The notes below the pieces were generated by a model. It did not search any database, was not told the DNA's origin, and worked only from the letters and a program-made list of their open reading frames with translations. Position numbers and translations under genes: made by a program. A stretch of DNA of 64,000 nt, counting the filler, from Stramenopiles sp. TOSAG23-2 (taxonomy: Eukaryota), in the NCBI GenBank assembly GCA_900128395.1. It is 29 parts of 29 records of this genome, joined end to end, with 100 filler letters (N's around TTAATTAATTAA, not from the genome) between each part and the next. Parts side by side here need not be neighbours in the genome. Positions count along the whole stretch, not along the records: positions 35,448 to 37,556 come from LT652022.1; positions 37,657 to 39,765 come from LT652023.1; positions 39,866 to 41,974 come from LT652024.1; positions 42,075 to 44,183 come from LT652025.1; positions 44,284 to 46,391 come from LT652026.1; positions 46,492 to 48,599 come from LT652027.1; 23 more parts are not named here. One strand, 5' to 3'. Below, one piece after another: positions 35,348 to 47,486 of this stretch. Position 1 is the stretch's first letter; each line of letters begins with the position of its first letter.

Positions 35348-36229
35348 NNNNNNNNNNNNNNNNNNNNNNNNNNNNNNNNNNNNNNNNNNNNTTAATTAAT
35401 TAANNNNNNNNNNNNNNNNNNNNNNNNNNNNNNNNNNNNNNNNNNNNCTTTTGCTATTATTTTAATATTTCGTAGATGTGATCTAATCGGAAAAAATGGT
35501 TTCAATTAATAAAGTTTTCAACAAGCAAAAAAGCAAACAAAGGTTTTACTGCATATTTCGGTTTTATTGTTCTATGTTTTTGTGAATAAAACACGTGATC
35601 AGTAGTATCGAGGAATGTATAAAATGTACAATAAGCATATAGTGTCATCATATATCATTATGGTACTGATGCTGTCCAGCTGCGACAATCCAGGTATCAT
35701 TAGGATAGGTTGCGATAGATGAAAAATCCAATAAAGGCTTTACCGCACATGTCCTTTTAGCATGGAATACAACACTAAACAGACTTCCGTTCCTTTTTAT
35801 AATATACCCGATACCCGGTCTGTAGTTTTCTGTACGAGGCTTCGTGTATAGCCTGGCTCTATAGAGCTAGAGCTACTGTAGCTCGTAGCTAGCTCTAGCT
35901 CTAGCTAGCTCTAGCCAGGCTAGAGGTAGAGCTATCTTTTTGCGTTTCTTTCTTTTTTTTTGTAACTTTTGTTCCGACTACATACAGTACGTACGTCGTA
36001 TACCATATACCAGGTACTGTGTCTGCGTCGTCAGACTCTTTCTCGTATACTAATAGCAGGTTAAGGTACAGTAATAGTATACAGTATATATAACTACATT
36101 ATACAGTAATAGTTATAATACCTTAATAATTGTTACATTATATATTTACCTTTATTTATAATAAATTTTTTTTTTTAATATTAGCAATGCCATACACAAA
36201 CAACATACAAATTGTATTACAGGTTTTCA

Positions 36230-36916
36230 TCAAAAACCTTGGGATTGTTTTGCACTTGCTCGTTCATCTGTCAAGTGTGCGCTAAAGTGACCTATCATTT
36301 TAGCAGCAGCTTTTAATTTTTTTAACTTTCCGTGTGCCCCCTTTGCTTCACCATCACTATAATCACACAACGAGCCAGTCCCCTCCACTATCATTTTAAT
36401 ACGTTTAAGTTCCATTTTCCGACTTTTTGCCTTTCTTAAACTAACTGGATCTACATTCATTTCAGCAGCTATCTTTAAGGCCCTCTTTTCTTCCTTTTCT
36501 TTCTTTGTTGCAATTTTCATTCGATTTAAATCCTCGCCTTTTTCATTAATTAAATTATGTTTATACAGTTGCGCCATTCCATAGTGCTTTAAATGTAAAA
36601 TAGCGTGACACCAAAATTCAAACTCCTGATCTTCATATGCACCAAGCTGTTCCAAATAATAGTCTGTAAATTCGTCTAGTGTAATTACACCATCTTGGTC
36701 TTGATCTAATTTTATAAATTCTTGCCGCACTTCCTCTACGCCTCGCTTGTCTAATTTTTCAGCCATCAAACTCAACTCTGACATATCAACCACTCCATCT
36801 TTTTTTTTATCTACATAGTTGAATACCACAGCTAATTTTTCTTCTCTGGTCTTAGTTCCTATAAGAGGATCTACGTTGGCTAAAGCTTTTTTTAAATTTG
36901 ACGTAACGCCACCCAT
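36230..36916 (-). CDS. EF-hand calcium-binding protein, possibly N-myristoylated
   Basis: EF loops DKKKDGVVDMSE and DQDQDGVITLDE; MGGVTS start. Confidence 0.85.
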   Translation of the reverse strand: MGGVTSNLKKALANVDPLIGTKTREEKLAVVFNYVDKKKDGVVDMSELSLMAEKLDKRGVEEVRQEFIKLDQDQDGVITLDEFTDYYLEQLGAYEDQEFEFWCHAILHLKHYGMAQLYKHNLINEKGEDLNRMKIATKKEKEEKRALKIAAEMNVDPVSLRKAKSRKMELKRIKMIVEGTGSLCDYSDGEAKGAHGKLKKLKAAAKMIGHFSAHLTDERASAKQSQGF

Positions 36917-37656
36917 GTTTTAAAATTAATATACCTCAAGGCATTGAGAAACCAACAAAAAATAGAGAGCAAAGCTTACCAAATTAATACGTGATATTTT
37001 AGAGATACAACCGATCTTTCTTTTACCGTTTCCTTGTAATTATAAAATATAATTAAAAGTAACTAATTATGTGACAGAGTATTTATTATTTTTTACATCG
37101 TATATATAGTGCACAGTATTATTATATATAGTTTTATTATTATTATAGTGCTATTAATACCTTAGCCTTGGTAGTCTAGTAATAGCAAGAAGACAAGAGT
37201 ACTAATAATTGCTTGTGCACTTAGCACTTACAACAGAGAGAATTCTCTCTGTGGTGTGTATAACGTGCATTTTTTTAGCTTTTTACTTAAAAAAGACAAG
37301 AAGACAACAGACAACAGTGCAACAATTAAGACAAAATGAAAAAATAAGAGCTTATTATAATAAATAATATTATTAATAGGTCCGTTTTAATTTGCAGTAC
37401 TATTTCTATGGTAGGACAAACCTATTATATATGTATACAGGTACCACACCAGTGTCCGGCAGTGATAATAATAATAATATATAAATATTATTTTAATAAT
37501 AAATAAATTAATTCTATCATATCCTATAATCTATATAAATAATAACTAAATCAACTNNNNNNNNNNNNNNNNNNNNNNNNNNNNNNNNNNNNNNNNNNNN
37601 TTAATTAATTAANNNNNNNNNNNNNNNNNNNNNNNNNNNNNNNNNNNNNNNNNNNN

Positions 37657-38479
37657 ATATATAAATTTTTATGATAATACAAGTAAAAAACATTTATTGG
37701 AACGTACAAAAATGCTAAAAGAAGAGGAAGAAAAGAAAAAGAATAACGACACCAGTCAAAAAAATAATAATAATACGAAGGATGAACCGTTACGTATGTC
37801 AACTAGTCAAATTATGTATGATTTTCGTCATGTGTTATTTAGAGTTTCCATCTACTGCATACTCTTAACATTTGTTAGATATGGGCGTGTATTGATGATA
37901 CCATTGTTTGGACTTGCATTAAAATTGTCCGTAACCGAAATTGCAGTTATTTCATCTGCTAGTTATTTTTCTGGTGCATCAATGTTTCCAGTCAGTGGTT
38001 ACATTATGGATCGTTTTGGGCGAAAAAAAAATGCATTTATTACAACATTTGTAATGGCAATTGGTTTTCTTATAATGTATATTAGTACAAATTTTGGTTT
38101 TCTATTGGCATCTGGTATTTTAATCGGCTTTGGCAATGGTCTGTCTTCAGGTTTAGTAATGACATTAGGTGGTGACATGGCGCCTAATGATAAAAGGCGT
38201 GGTCCATTTTTAGGCATATATAAATTATTGATTAGTACAGGCCAATTAATTGGGCCAATTGTTGCAGGATGGGCATCAGATGTGTTTGGTGTACAAGGTG
38301 GTGCAATTTCTTGTTTAATTGTTGCAATATTAGCATGTACATGGGTTGTTTTATTTATACCTGAAACAAGAAATTTTATTAATAGCAAGAAGCAGAAGGA
38401 AGATGAAGAAAAAGTTGTTGTAGGAACGACAAAAGAAATTATTGTGTTGGTAAATGAAGAAGAGGGCAGCAAAGATTGA
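37657..38479 (+). CDS. MFS transporter, C-terminal half
   Basis: Motif A GYIMDRFGRKK, about 6 TM helices, GQLIGPIVAG, terminal PET. Confidence 0.88.
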
Positions 38480-38669
38480 GGGGAAACATTAGAAAAAATT
38501 GTTGTAGGAACAACGAATAAAAAGGAAATTTATTGTGTTTTTTGTGAATGAAGAAGAGGGCAGCGAAGATTGAGAATAAAAAAAGTATGATATCATATGC
38601 ATAATTTCGTGTACGAACGTCGTAAAAAAAAAAGCAAAAAAAAGAGAGAATGTACACACACTACACTCT

Positions 38670-39134
38670 CTATAAATCTACTTTAGTCTCTAAAACTTTT
38701 AAATTTCTATCAAGCTCTTCCGCACGAGCGAATAAAGCTTGGATATCAACTGCAACACTATCTATCATTGTTTTCAAATCAGTTGAATCATCCCGTAAAA
38801 TAACTACTTGAGAGCTTGATTTTTGCAATTCTTTCTGTTGTTGATTGCATATTTTCTCACATAATGCTTTTTCATTTGATATTCGTTTATTTATTTTATC
38901 TTGATTACTATATACTGTCTTCATTTTCGTTTTTAAATTATCTTGTGCAGTTTCATACAATGATATAATCTCCTCTGGGTGCAATTTTAACGTAAACTTA
39001 TCAGTCGCACTAGCACGTGCTTTTAATGGTTTAAAGGTTTGACTATTTCTTTTATTATTTACATTATTATTATTATTATTATTATTATCACTTGTCACAC
39101 TACTGTTTCCATCTGTGGAATTTTTATTTCCCAT
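38670..39134 (-). CDS. Myristoylated coiled-coil protein, BORCS5 (myrlysin/LOH12CR1)-like
   Basis: MGNKNS start; KLHPEEIISLY...QDNL...VYSNQDKINKRI follows the BORCS5 pattern KL....+.L....QD.L......V...Q..+.KRI as I recall it. Confidence 0.5.
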   Translation of the reverse strand: MGNKNSTDGNSSVTSDNNNNNNNNVNNKRNSQTFKPLKARASATDKFTLKLHPEEIISLYETAQDNLKTKMKTVYSNQDKINKRISNEKALCEKICNQQQKELQKSSSQVVILRDDSTDLKTMIDSVAVDIQALFARAEELDRNLKVLETKVDL

Positions 39135-40989
39135 TCTTTTTCCTTTTTTTTTTATATATACACAAAAATATTATCAATTTAATCACTAAATTAGGAATAT
39201 AATTTGATAATCAATGGTTTAAATAAAAGAACAGAAATGATGTAAAGGTCGTTGATTTGTGGTTTACATTAAGAAACACACACACACACATACCACTGGT
39301 GGTATGTTAATGTATATTTTTATATATATATTTTATTTTAATTAGTCGAATTATTAGTAATGCAACTATAATAATGCCAGAATAGAATTGCAATTTTATT
39401 GCGTGGCGTGTGCAATTATTATTATTATGGCATTAGATATTTTTTATTAATAATATTATTGATAGTATAATATTATAACATGTATACTTAAAGTATACAG
39501 AACGGGAAACTTCAAAACAAATACGGACCAGATGGCAGCGAAGAGACGCGAGGATCTCGACTAGGAAAAAGCGTGCAAAATTATTTAGAACCAAATAATA
39601 CTGCTGGTGTTGCTCATACAATATGCAATGAAAATGTATTACGTGGAGTAAAAATTATGATGTAAACAAAAAATATCTCAAAAATAAAGAAGTACTCGTA
39701 TTCGCATATTTTTATATAAAAATACATAAAGGTAAATGTACTAACAATATATATATATATATATGNNNNNNNNNNNNNNNNNNNNNNNNNNNNNNNNNNN
39801 NNNNNNNNNTTAATTAATTAANNNNNNNNNNNNNNNNNNNNNNNNNNNNNNNNNNNNNNNNNNNNATTATTCGATGATTATGTTTTACCACTCGTTCGAT
39901 CGATCCTTGAAATGTCTTTCTTTTGATGTGCCGAGGTGTATATATATCTTTTTATGTGTAAAAATGTGTATAAAATGTGTCTTTTGTAGGATGTAGTAAA
40001 AAGTATCAATACAAATGGAAATAGTATTTCGAAATTTTATTAAATTAGAATGTGTTCAAAAAGATATTAATATATTGTAATGCTTGTAATGTGACGTGAT
40101 TAAAAAAATACGAGTTTGGTAAAAATGGTAATATTGGATCATGTGAAAGATATTCGGCATTATAGGATTTTAATGCTTGCCACACAATTTGCGAAGAGTA
40201 TACACGTGAAAGGTGAAAGGTGTGACCTTCCTCGGCCTCTATGAATTATTAGCCATAAAAAATGGTAAATGATAGAAAAAAATGTAAAAAAGGAAACTGG
40301 ATGCGAGATGTATATTGAAAGATTGAAGTGGAGTGTGGCGTGTAGAGTTAAAGAGTTGGAACGATGTACGTTTGAGTGTGCTTTATATAGCTGGTACATG
40401 ATGGTTATTGATTCCTGCATTGAAATGTGGTAATGTATAATGTAATGTAGATGACGACGGAAGCATATGAGATGTAACACATGTGAAACAAGATATATCG
40501 TTTGTCACAGCTTTTTGTTATTGTTGCGAAATTTGCGTGTACTTGTAAAAATAACACATCACACTATTGGATTTGTTTTAATATAATAATAGTATATCGA
40601 CGATACTAATACTACAGCAGTGTTTAGTATAGTATCTAAAACTTATATATATATAATAATATATATTACAATCATACAGACATAACCATACATACATTAG
40701 ATGACGAAGCAGCAAAATCAGAACAGTTTTCTGAAATGGGTAATCCTAATTTTATAGCAGAGGAAGAATTTAATGATAATGCTACATACGATACGGAAGC
40801 ATCGCATTTACAAGACAATGTTACAGTTAGTTCATATGTCAGCAGTGGTACAAAAAAATCAAACAAAAGTTATCCTATTCTGTATCACAGTAACATATAT
40901 TTCTATTATGAATACGAAATGCAACACACTAATGTATATCATTTACTTTATATTCTTGTATAATTTTTATCCAAGTCATTCTTTTACAG

Positions 40990-41974
40990 CAACAAATAAA
41001 TTATTAAGATCAACAGTTTTTTTTTCTTCAACGTCTCGTAATAGTGATAATGATAATAAGAGAAATAATAATAATAAAAACAGGAAAATAAAATGGATAA
41101 CACCAACGATAGAAAAACAAAAAGTAATTAAGCACAATACAATCTTTAAGAAGAAAAGTGATCATAAAGCTATTCATAACAAAATAAATGTAACGACTAT
41201 TGGGATAGTTTCAACCATGGAAAGTCCAAAAAATATTAAAACTTGGTTGCATTTACACAAGCAATTTGGGATTCGACATTTTTATATTCGTTTAGAAAAT
41301 ACACCTGAATTATTCGATTACCTTGATAATCGTTCTGATGTTACTGTAAAGAGAGGGAAGGATCACATGGGCATAGATGAATATTTTGATCTCCAACGAA
41401 GGCAAAGAGAATGGGTAGAGGAAGCCTTATTTATGGCAAAAAATGATTGTCACGGTGTAAAATGGTTAATACATATGGATAGTGATGAACTTTTGGATGG
41501 CACTTTACAAGCGATTGAAAAGTTAGAACCTCATATTCGAACATTTTGGATGGAAAATTATGAAGCAAAATATAAAAAAGTAAAAGGTAGAGACGATCCA
41601 TGTTTTACAGCTTCAAAATTTGTAAGATGCCAGCATCCGGACAAAGGAGAAAGTTGTGTTTCCTACGGTAATGGCAAAGGTGGAGGTAGAGTTGCAGAAG
41701 ATATACATCCATGGGGTCCACATAGATTTACCACGTGGGATAAAAAATATAAAGCTGCTAATAATTTTGAAGCAAAAGTAATTGATCTAAGGATTCATCA
41801 TTTTGAAAGTTGCGATTTTGAAATGTTTAAAGAAAAATTTAAACGATTAGCAACAGAAAAAAATGAAAAAAAAATTCCATTTCCATATTATAAAGATTCT
41901 ATTGAAGCTGCCAAAAAAGGTGATGTTAAAAGTTTATATGATAAATGGAAACAATTTAAAGTTGATCATCTTCT
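40990..41974 (+). CDS. Glycosyltransferase (GT2-like/GT92 type); upstream exon structure uncertain
   Basis: IKTWLHLHKQFGIRHFYI, WLIHMDSDELL (DxD), YGNGK, WGPHRF, IHHFESC; possible acceptor tttacag at 40989. Confidence 0.8.
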
Positions 41975-42074
41975 NNNNNNNNNNNNNNNNNNNNNNNNNN
42001 NNNNNNNNNNNNNNNNNNTTAATTAATTAANNNNNNNNNNNNNNNNNNNNNNNNNNNNNNNNNNNNNNNNNNNN

Positions 42075-42466
42075 GAAGATTCACTATACGAAGATGATTC
42101 GTCAGAGTATTCACCACTTCCAGAGTCATATGATGGAGATCCACGTTTTGATTTTCGTTTAGATGATTTCTTATTATGTTTCTTCCTTCTTCTACTTTTA
42201 TTCGAACCAATAGTTGATGTAGAATATGAAGGTTTGACTCCTACTGTTGACTCGGTTACTTGAAATTGATTATTATTATTATTATTATTATCATGTGTAG
42301 GTGAAAAACGTGGAGAATCTCGTATTCCGTTTTGTATTGTTATTGCAGCTGCAAGATGTTCATCGTTATATAATTTTTGTTCATACTTTGCTGATGGCTG
42401 TTTTAAATTTATATTTGTTGCCATAGTTGATGGTGGATTTGGCTGCGTAGATGAAATATCATTCAT
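42075..42466 (-). CDS. N-terminus of a hypothetical protein with an IQ-like motif and basic/Ser-rich tracts
   Basis: AAITIQNGIR; the ORF runs off the contig. Confidence 0.5.
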
Positions 42467-42771
42467 TGTATATATATATTATTTCTTATTAGATTTTATT
42501 TACAAGTTTTTTAAACTAAATATTAGTAATAATATGTTTTGTAGATGATGATGGTATATGATGTTGATATATCCACTGGTTTGTATATACAACAAATATA
42601 TATATATATTATATTTCTACAATATGTACCTCTTTACTACACTTTATAGAAGAGAGAAGAAGATGAGGGGTGGGGAAAGGGATGCGTTGATATGATCAAT
42701 GTTTATCTATCTTAGTCAACTATCTGTCATGTAGTTCTTTCTTTCCTACTATTTATAAATAAAATATATAT

Positions 42772-43009
42772 ATATATTATTTTAAATATTAGCCAATACT
42801 ATTTGCATGCTATTTGGTTTTATTTTTAAAAATAGAAGAAATGAAAAATAGAAATGAGTAATTAAATAACCGATCTAGAATCTAGATATGATATATTATT
42901 TTAAATATTAGCCAATACTATTTGCATGCTATTTGGTTTTATTTTTAAAAATAGAAGAAATGAAAAATAGAAATGAGTAATTAAATAACCGATCTAGAAT
43001 CTAGATATG
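42772..43009. repeat. Exact tandem duplication with a period of about 119 bp
   Basis: atatattattttaaatattagccaatac...ctagaatctagatatg occurs twice. Confidence 0.9.
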
Positions 43010-44283
43010 TAGCATAGGAATAGCATTAGTTAACATAGACACAGCATTAGAGAACCCTAATTGGAACATCAAAGTGCTGGATAGCCATAGCATGTGTTAA
43101 TACCATCATAATTTTGCATTTGTTTCTGGTTTTGCGAAATTATTATACATTGTGCAACACATGCCTTTCATTTTTAAAATGATATCATCATCTGTTTGAA
43201 TTGTTTTAAATTGCGGAAAATAATTAATGACAGATTCAACAATATCAATTGAATTATTATTAAATGTAATTTTTGTGTGTACATTGTTTTGATATTTTAA
43301 TGATTGACAATTTTTCATATCACTGATAAAATATTCATTTTTATTGTATCTGGGCCGCATACATATGTACGTGTGTATTGGCTCACTATGATGATTAATG
43401 GGTGTAGTGTTTTGTTATAAAATACGAGCGTAATACGCTTCGTATCATTTAAAATTTAAAGGAAATAAATATATTTATATATATGAAAAAATAAAGTAAT
43501 TCAAAAAATATTAAATAACGATAAAGCTAATGATGTGGACGTAATATATACTTGTATAAATTATATACGTATGATATACTTTACTACACACATATGGTGG
43601 TCTCGGGCATAAATGACCAGGTGGCTTGACGTATTCTAAGGCTTCTATCTAAAATATTGACCATTAAATTTTATACTATTTGTACTCTTATTTAGCTATG
43701 AAAAACTGTGTAATGGATGAGCGATCATACTTTTTCACAAATAATTGGTCTATTTCAGGTCCTCCAATGCTTTATTATAATCTCCGAACCTAGAAGGATC
43801 TAGGAGCTGACCTTCGACCCCGGAAATCGACTTATCTCACTTTATGAGATTTGACAATTTCCAGATCGAAAAATTGAAAATAAAAATGTTTTTACATGCC
43901 TTGGTTTTGAAAAAAATAAAAAAAAATAAATAATTGCTTCATGTTTGGTCAATAACGTGTATCTCTGCAAGTTATTGGCCAATATTAAATCTAAATATAT
44001 GTGCTAGAAGGTGTATATGTGCCATTGCTTATACAAAAATATGTTGCTATAATGGAATAGTCATCGTTTTTATATAGATGTGTATAGTTTAATATATTAT
44101 AACAAACGAATATTTTTTGATGATGGTCCATTTTAGCATATAAAAGGCATATTTTTGCGCTTTTTTTAGATGAAATGTTCATANNNNNNNNNNNNNNNNN
44201 NNNNNNNNNNNNNNNNNNNNNNNNNNNTTAATTAATTAANNNNNNNNNNNNNNNNNNNNNNNNNNNNNNNNNNNNNNNNNNNN

Positions 44284-44984
44284 TACGGGATGAACAACGT
44301 GTAGCATATTTAAAACATGCCATTAAATTAGCACATGACATCTTTCATATGGCATTGGAAATTGAAAGTTATAAATCTAATTTTGATAAGGAAAAAGATC
44401 GACGTCAGTATTATATAGAACAACAAGAACGTTTTCATTATTTAATATGCCAAGCAAATATACAATTAGGCAATTGCCATTTAACACTTGGAGAAGGTGT
44501 ACCATATTTTGATGAAGCTGTACAATATGGTGATTTTTTCACAAATAATAAAACCTTTCAAACATTTGTTGCAGAGGCATATATTGGTAAAGGCAATTCT
44601 GGTAGAACATTTGATAATCGTTTACGTGATAAAATACGACGTACGGAAGATCAACGTTCATTAGAAGAATATTATCGACAATCAAATAAAATACGTGAAC
44701 GCCGAGCATTTAATTATCGTTTAGCAGAATTCATAGCATTATCAATAAAAAAAGATAAATTAGTGAAAAAAGCACAAAAAGGTTTATCCAACATTGGTTT
44801 TAAACGTAATCGTGGTAGTATTGAAAATTTTCAACGTGAATTAGAATATTTATCTAAAAAACAACGTGGTACGGGTGGTGAGAATGATACAACAAGTGTT
44901 GTTGATTTATGTGAAGGACTTGGTGTAGTTCATGGTTTGCAACAAGCACATGGTGGTGGTGGAGGTGGTGGTCGATCGAGGTAA
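44284..44984 (+). CDS. Hypothetical helical (TPR-like) protein, 5'-partial
   Basis: Long open frame; ANIQLGNCHLTLGEG..YFDEAV and AEAYIGKGN are TPR-like. Confidence 0.5.
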
Positions 44985-45730
44985 ATGTATATATTGAATG
45001 GGAATTGTAATATGTCATCCACAACGATGAAGTGCAATTTTTAGTTCATCACATGAAATACGTGTGATGATGTAGGATATGGTTTACTTTACGTAGAGGG
45101 AGGTATGAAATTATAACCTTCTTGTATATGTGTGGTTTTGTTTTTTTTTTTTACATACTGTCTCGCGTAATTTTGACAACGTGTTATCATATATATGATG
45201 ATAATAATATAAATGGAACAGAGGATATATTATATATTGCTATAAGTAAGAGGAAGTGTAATCAGTCGTCAACAAGACTTGGGGGGTTGTATAAAACTGT
45301 CTGGTTGTTTTGGGTGTGTAACGAGACGAGAGAAAGGGTTTACTGTAGTTTCAGACCGACAATTTATGAATATATATGCAGAGAGACATGTTTACAAAGA
45401 AGTGTGTTTGTGTGTTTCTCTTTTAAAAACTTTTTCTTTCTGTTTAACTTAATATATCATCAATTTTACTTGTAAGAGGGAAAAATGAAACGTTCTATAA
45501 ATTTTACTGATTCAGCCTGAATTTTAAAGAAAAAATGTGAAAAAGTGAGTTTTGTGAGATGAAAAATAAATTTTTCTCAACTCACTTTTCTCAGTCCAGG
45601 CAGTTGAAAAAATTGTGAGATTTTCGATTTTCAAAAAAAGATGGAAAAATTCTATAAGTTTTTACAATTGGAGAAAAAAATAAAAAAATTCTAAGAAGAT
45701 TTTAAAAAATACGGAAAAATTTTCTCAAGT

Positions 45731-45891
45731 TATTAATTTTACTTGTAAGACCACGCAGAACAAATCCGACCACGCCAACCCAGTCTTTTACCTTAAATAG
45801 CCCCACCTTTCACCAATAACAATTTAAGGTAGGACTCAACATTGTAAATTGGTCGGATTTGTTCTGCGTGGTCTTACAAGTAAAATTAATA
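45731..45891. mobile_element. 161-bp hairpin element with perfect 42-bp terminal inverted repeats (MITE-like)
   Basis: tattaattttacttgtaagaccacgcagaacaaatccgacca (45731-45772) is the exact reverse complement of 45850-45891; there is an inner pair taccttaaat/atttaaggta. Confidence 0.7.
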
Positions 45892-46177
45892 TAATAATGA
45901 CATTCCTCCCTTTTACAATGGTATATATACATGTATACATATTTAAATAGTTAAGGACGTAGAAAGAAAGTTGAAACACAGAAATTGTATAATATATGAC
46001 CGATCAACATATATATTCAACGAACGATCAACATATATATTCAACGAACGATCAACATCAATTGAGAAAATATATATACAACAACAAGAAATTATACAAC
46101 AACAAGAAATTATACAACAAGTTATATACAAAACCTTCTTCATTTATTTTCTTTTTTTTATTATAAAAGTAAAAATA

Positions 46178-46391
46178 ATGCTTGTATCTTCCATCATATT
46201 GGAAACATTATCCACCACATCCATCATTTTATTAAGTATATGTATATTTATTATCATATATTTATATGTATTTATTGCAGCACCGAATTCATATTTTAAA
46301 CGACATAAAATACCACAACCTATGCCATACTTTTTTATCGGGAATTACAAAGAAATCAATGATAATTGGGAGATATTACAAGATTGGTTAT
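46178..46391 (+). CDS. Cytochrome P450 N-terminus (membrane anchor plus proline-rich hinge), cut by the contig end
   Basis: A TM helix followed by YFKRHKIPQPMPYFFIGN. Confidence 0.6.
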
Positions 46392-46491
46392 NNNNNNNNN
46401 NNNNNNNNNNNNNNNNNNNNNNNNNNNNNNNNNNNTTAATTAATTAANNNNNNNNNNNNNNNNNNNNNNNNNNNNNNNNNNNNNNNNNNNN

Positions 46492-47306
46492 TGTACATAT
46501 ATTAAATCTTCTAATTCACGTTTCAAATTGATAGTGTTTTTCTCATTTTTTTTCATGTTATCAACAAGTGCAAATGATATCTTATTTTTATCATCTTGCT
46601 TTTCCATCCCCGCATCATCCTGATCCACCAATGGCAATGTTAATGAATATGAATATTTCCCTAATATTTCTATCATCTTATGATAAAACGATGCCAACTG
46701 CGGACAATCGATTACAATATACCGATCTTGTCGGTTTGTAAAATAATCTGTACTTAAATTTGCGCCTGAAAGTATCACAGTATCATCAAAAACATAGGCT
46801 TTCATGTGAAATGTTTGAAACATTTCATTGAATCGTGGTGGTAAAAATGATTCAACAAAAATTCTTAGTTTAGATGCATCTGTTGAACGTGGCATTTCGA
46901 AAAAATTAATATTTACGTTGGTATCATTATTCCCTTTATTACAATTTGTTGCTTGATTATTTCTTGCCGCATGAAGTAATGTGGTACACAAAGATGCAGT
47001 TGATGCACCAGTTTCACGATCAGGGCGTGTGCCACGATTTTTATCTACTAATATTCGCATTTGAATATTTTTATTTGATTCAATTAATTTACATAAATCA
47101 TCTCGTAATACAATTTCTTTGTCGCTAATTCCAAGATACAATGATGCTAACGACACGTGCCTTTTAGCACTTTTTACTTGTTTACGAAGCTCCGTATAAA
47201 AGCAATTTGGTGAATTTAATATTTTTACACTACGAGTTTCAAATATTTTTAATTTAATTTGTTTACCACCTTTTGGTGAAAGTAAAAATCGTCGAAAGGC
47301 ATCCAT
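46492..47306 (-). CDS. PGS1: Phosphatidylglycerophosphate synthase (PLD superfamily), 3'-partial
   Basis: SAKRHVSLASLYLG, LVDKNRGTR, LPPRFNE, HMKAYVFDDTVILSGANLSTDYFTNRQDRY. Confidence 0.92.
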
Positions 47307-47486
47307 TATTATGAAAAAATTAGAGATTACTTACTTATAACTGCTGATAAACGTACTAATAGTATTACTGTTACTTTTAGAGGTACACAATCTATAAAAA
47401 ACGCTTTATCTGATGCTAATATTTTACCTTACAAGGGATGTGATGGAAATTTAGTAAATAAATTAAAAGGTAGTAGAATTATTTAA
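47307..47486 (+). pseudogene. Fragment of a class-3 lipase-like gene, possibly viral
   Basis: LITADKRTNSITVTFRGTQSIKNALSD matches the lipase_3 I.V.FRGT.S motif; no start codon and no GHSLG nucleophile motif. Confidence 0.55.

Noticed and set aside
45998-46120. Short tandem repeats giving the ORF start RSTYIFNE / QQQEII
   Set aside because: Low-complexity upstream repeats; the P450-like protein more plausibly starts at ATG 46178
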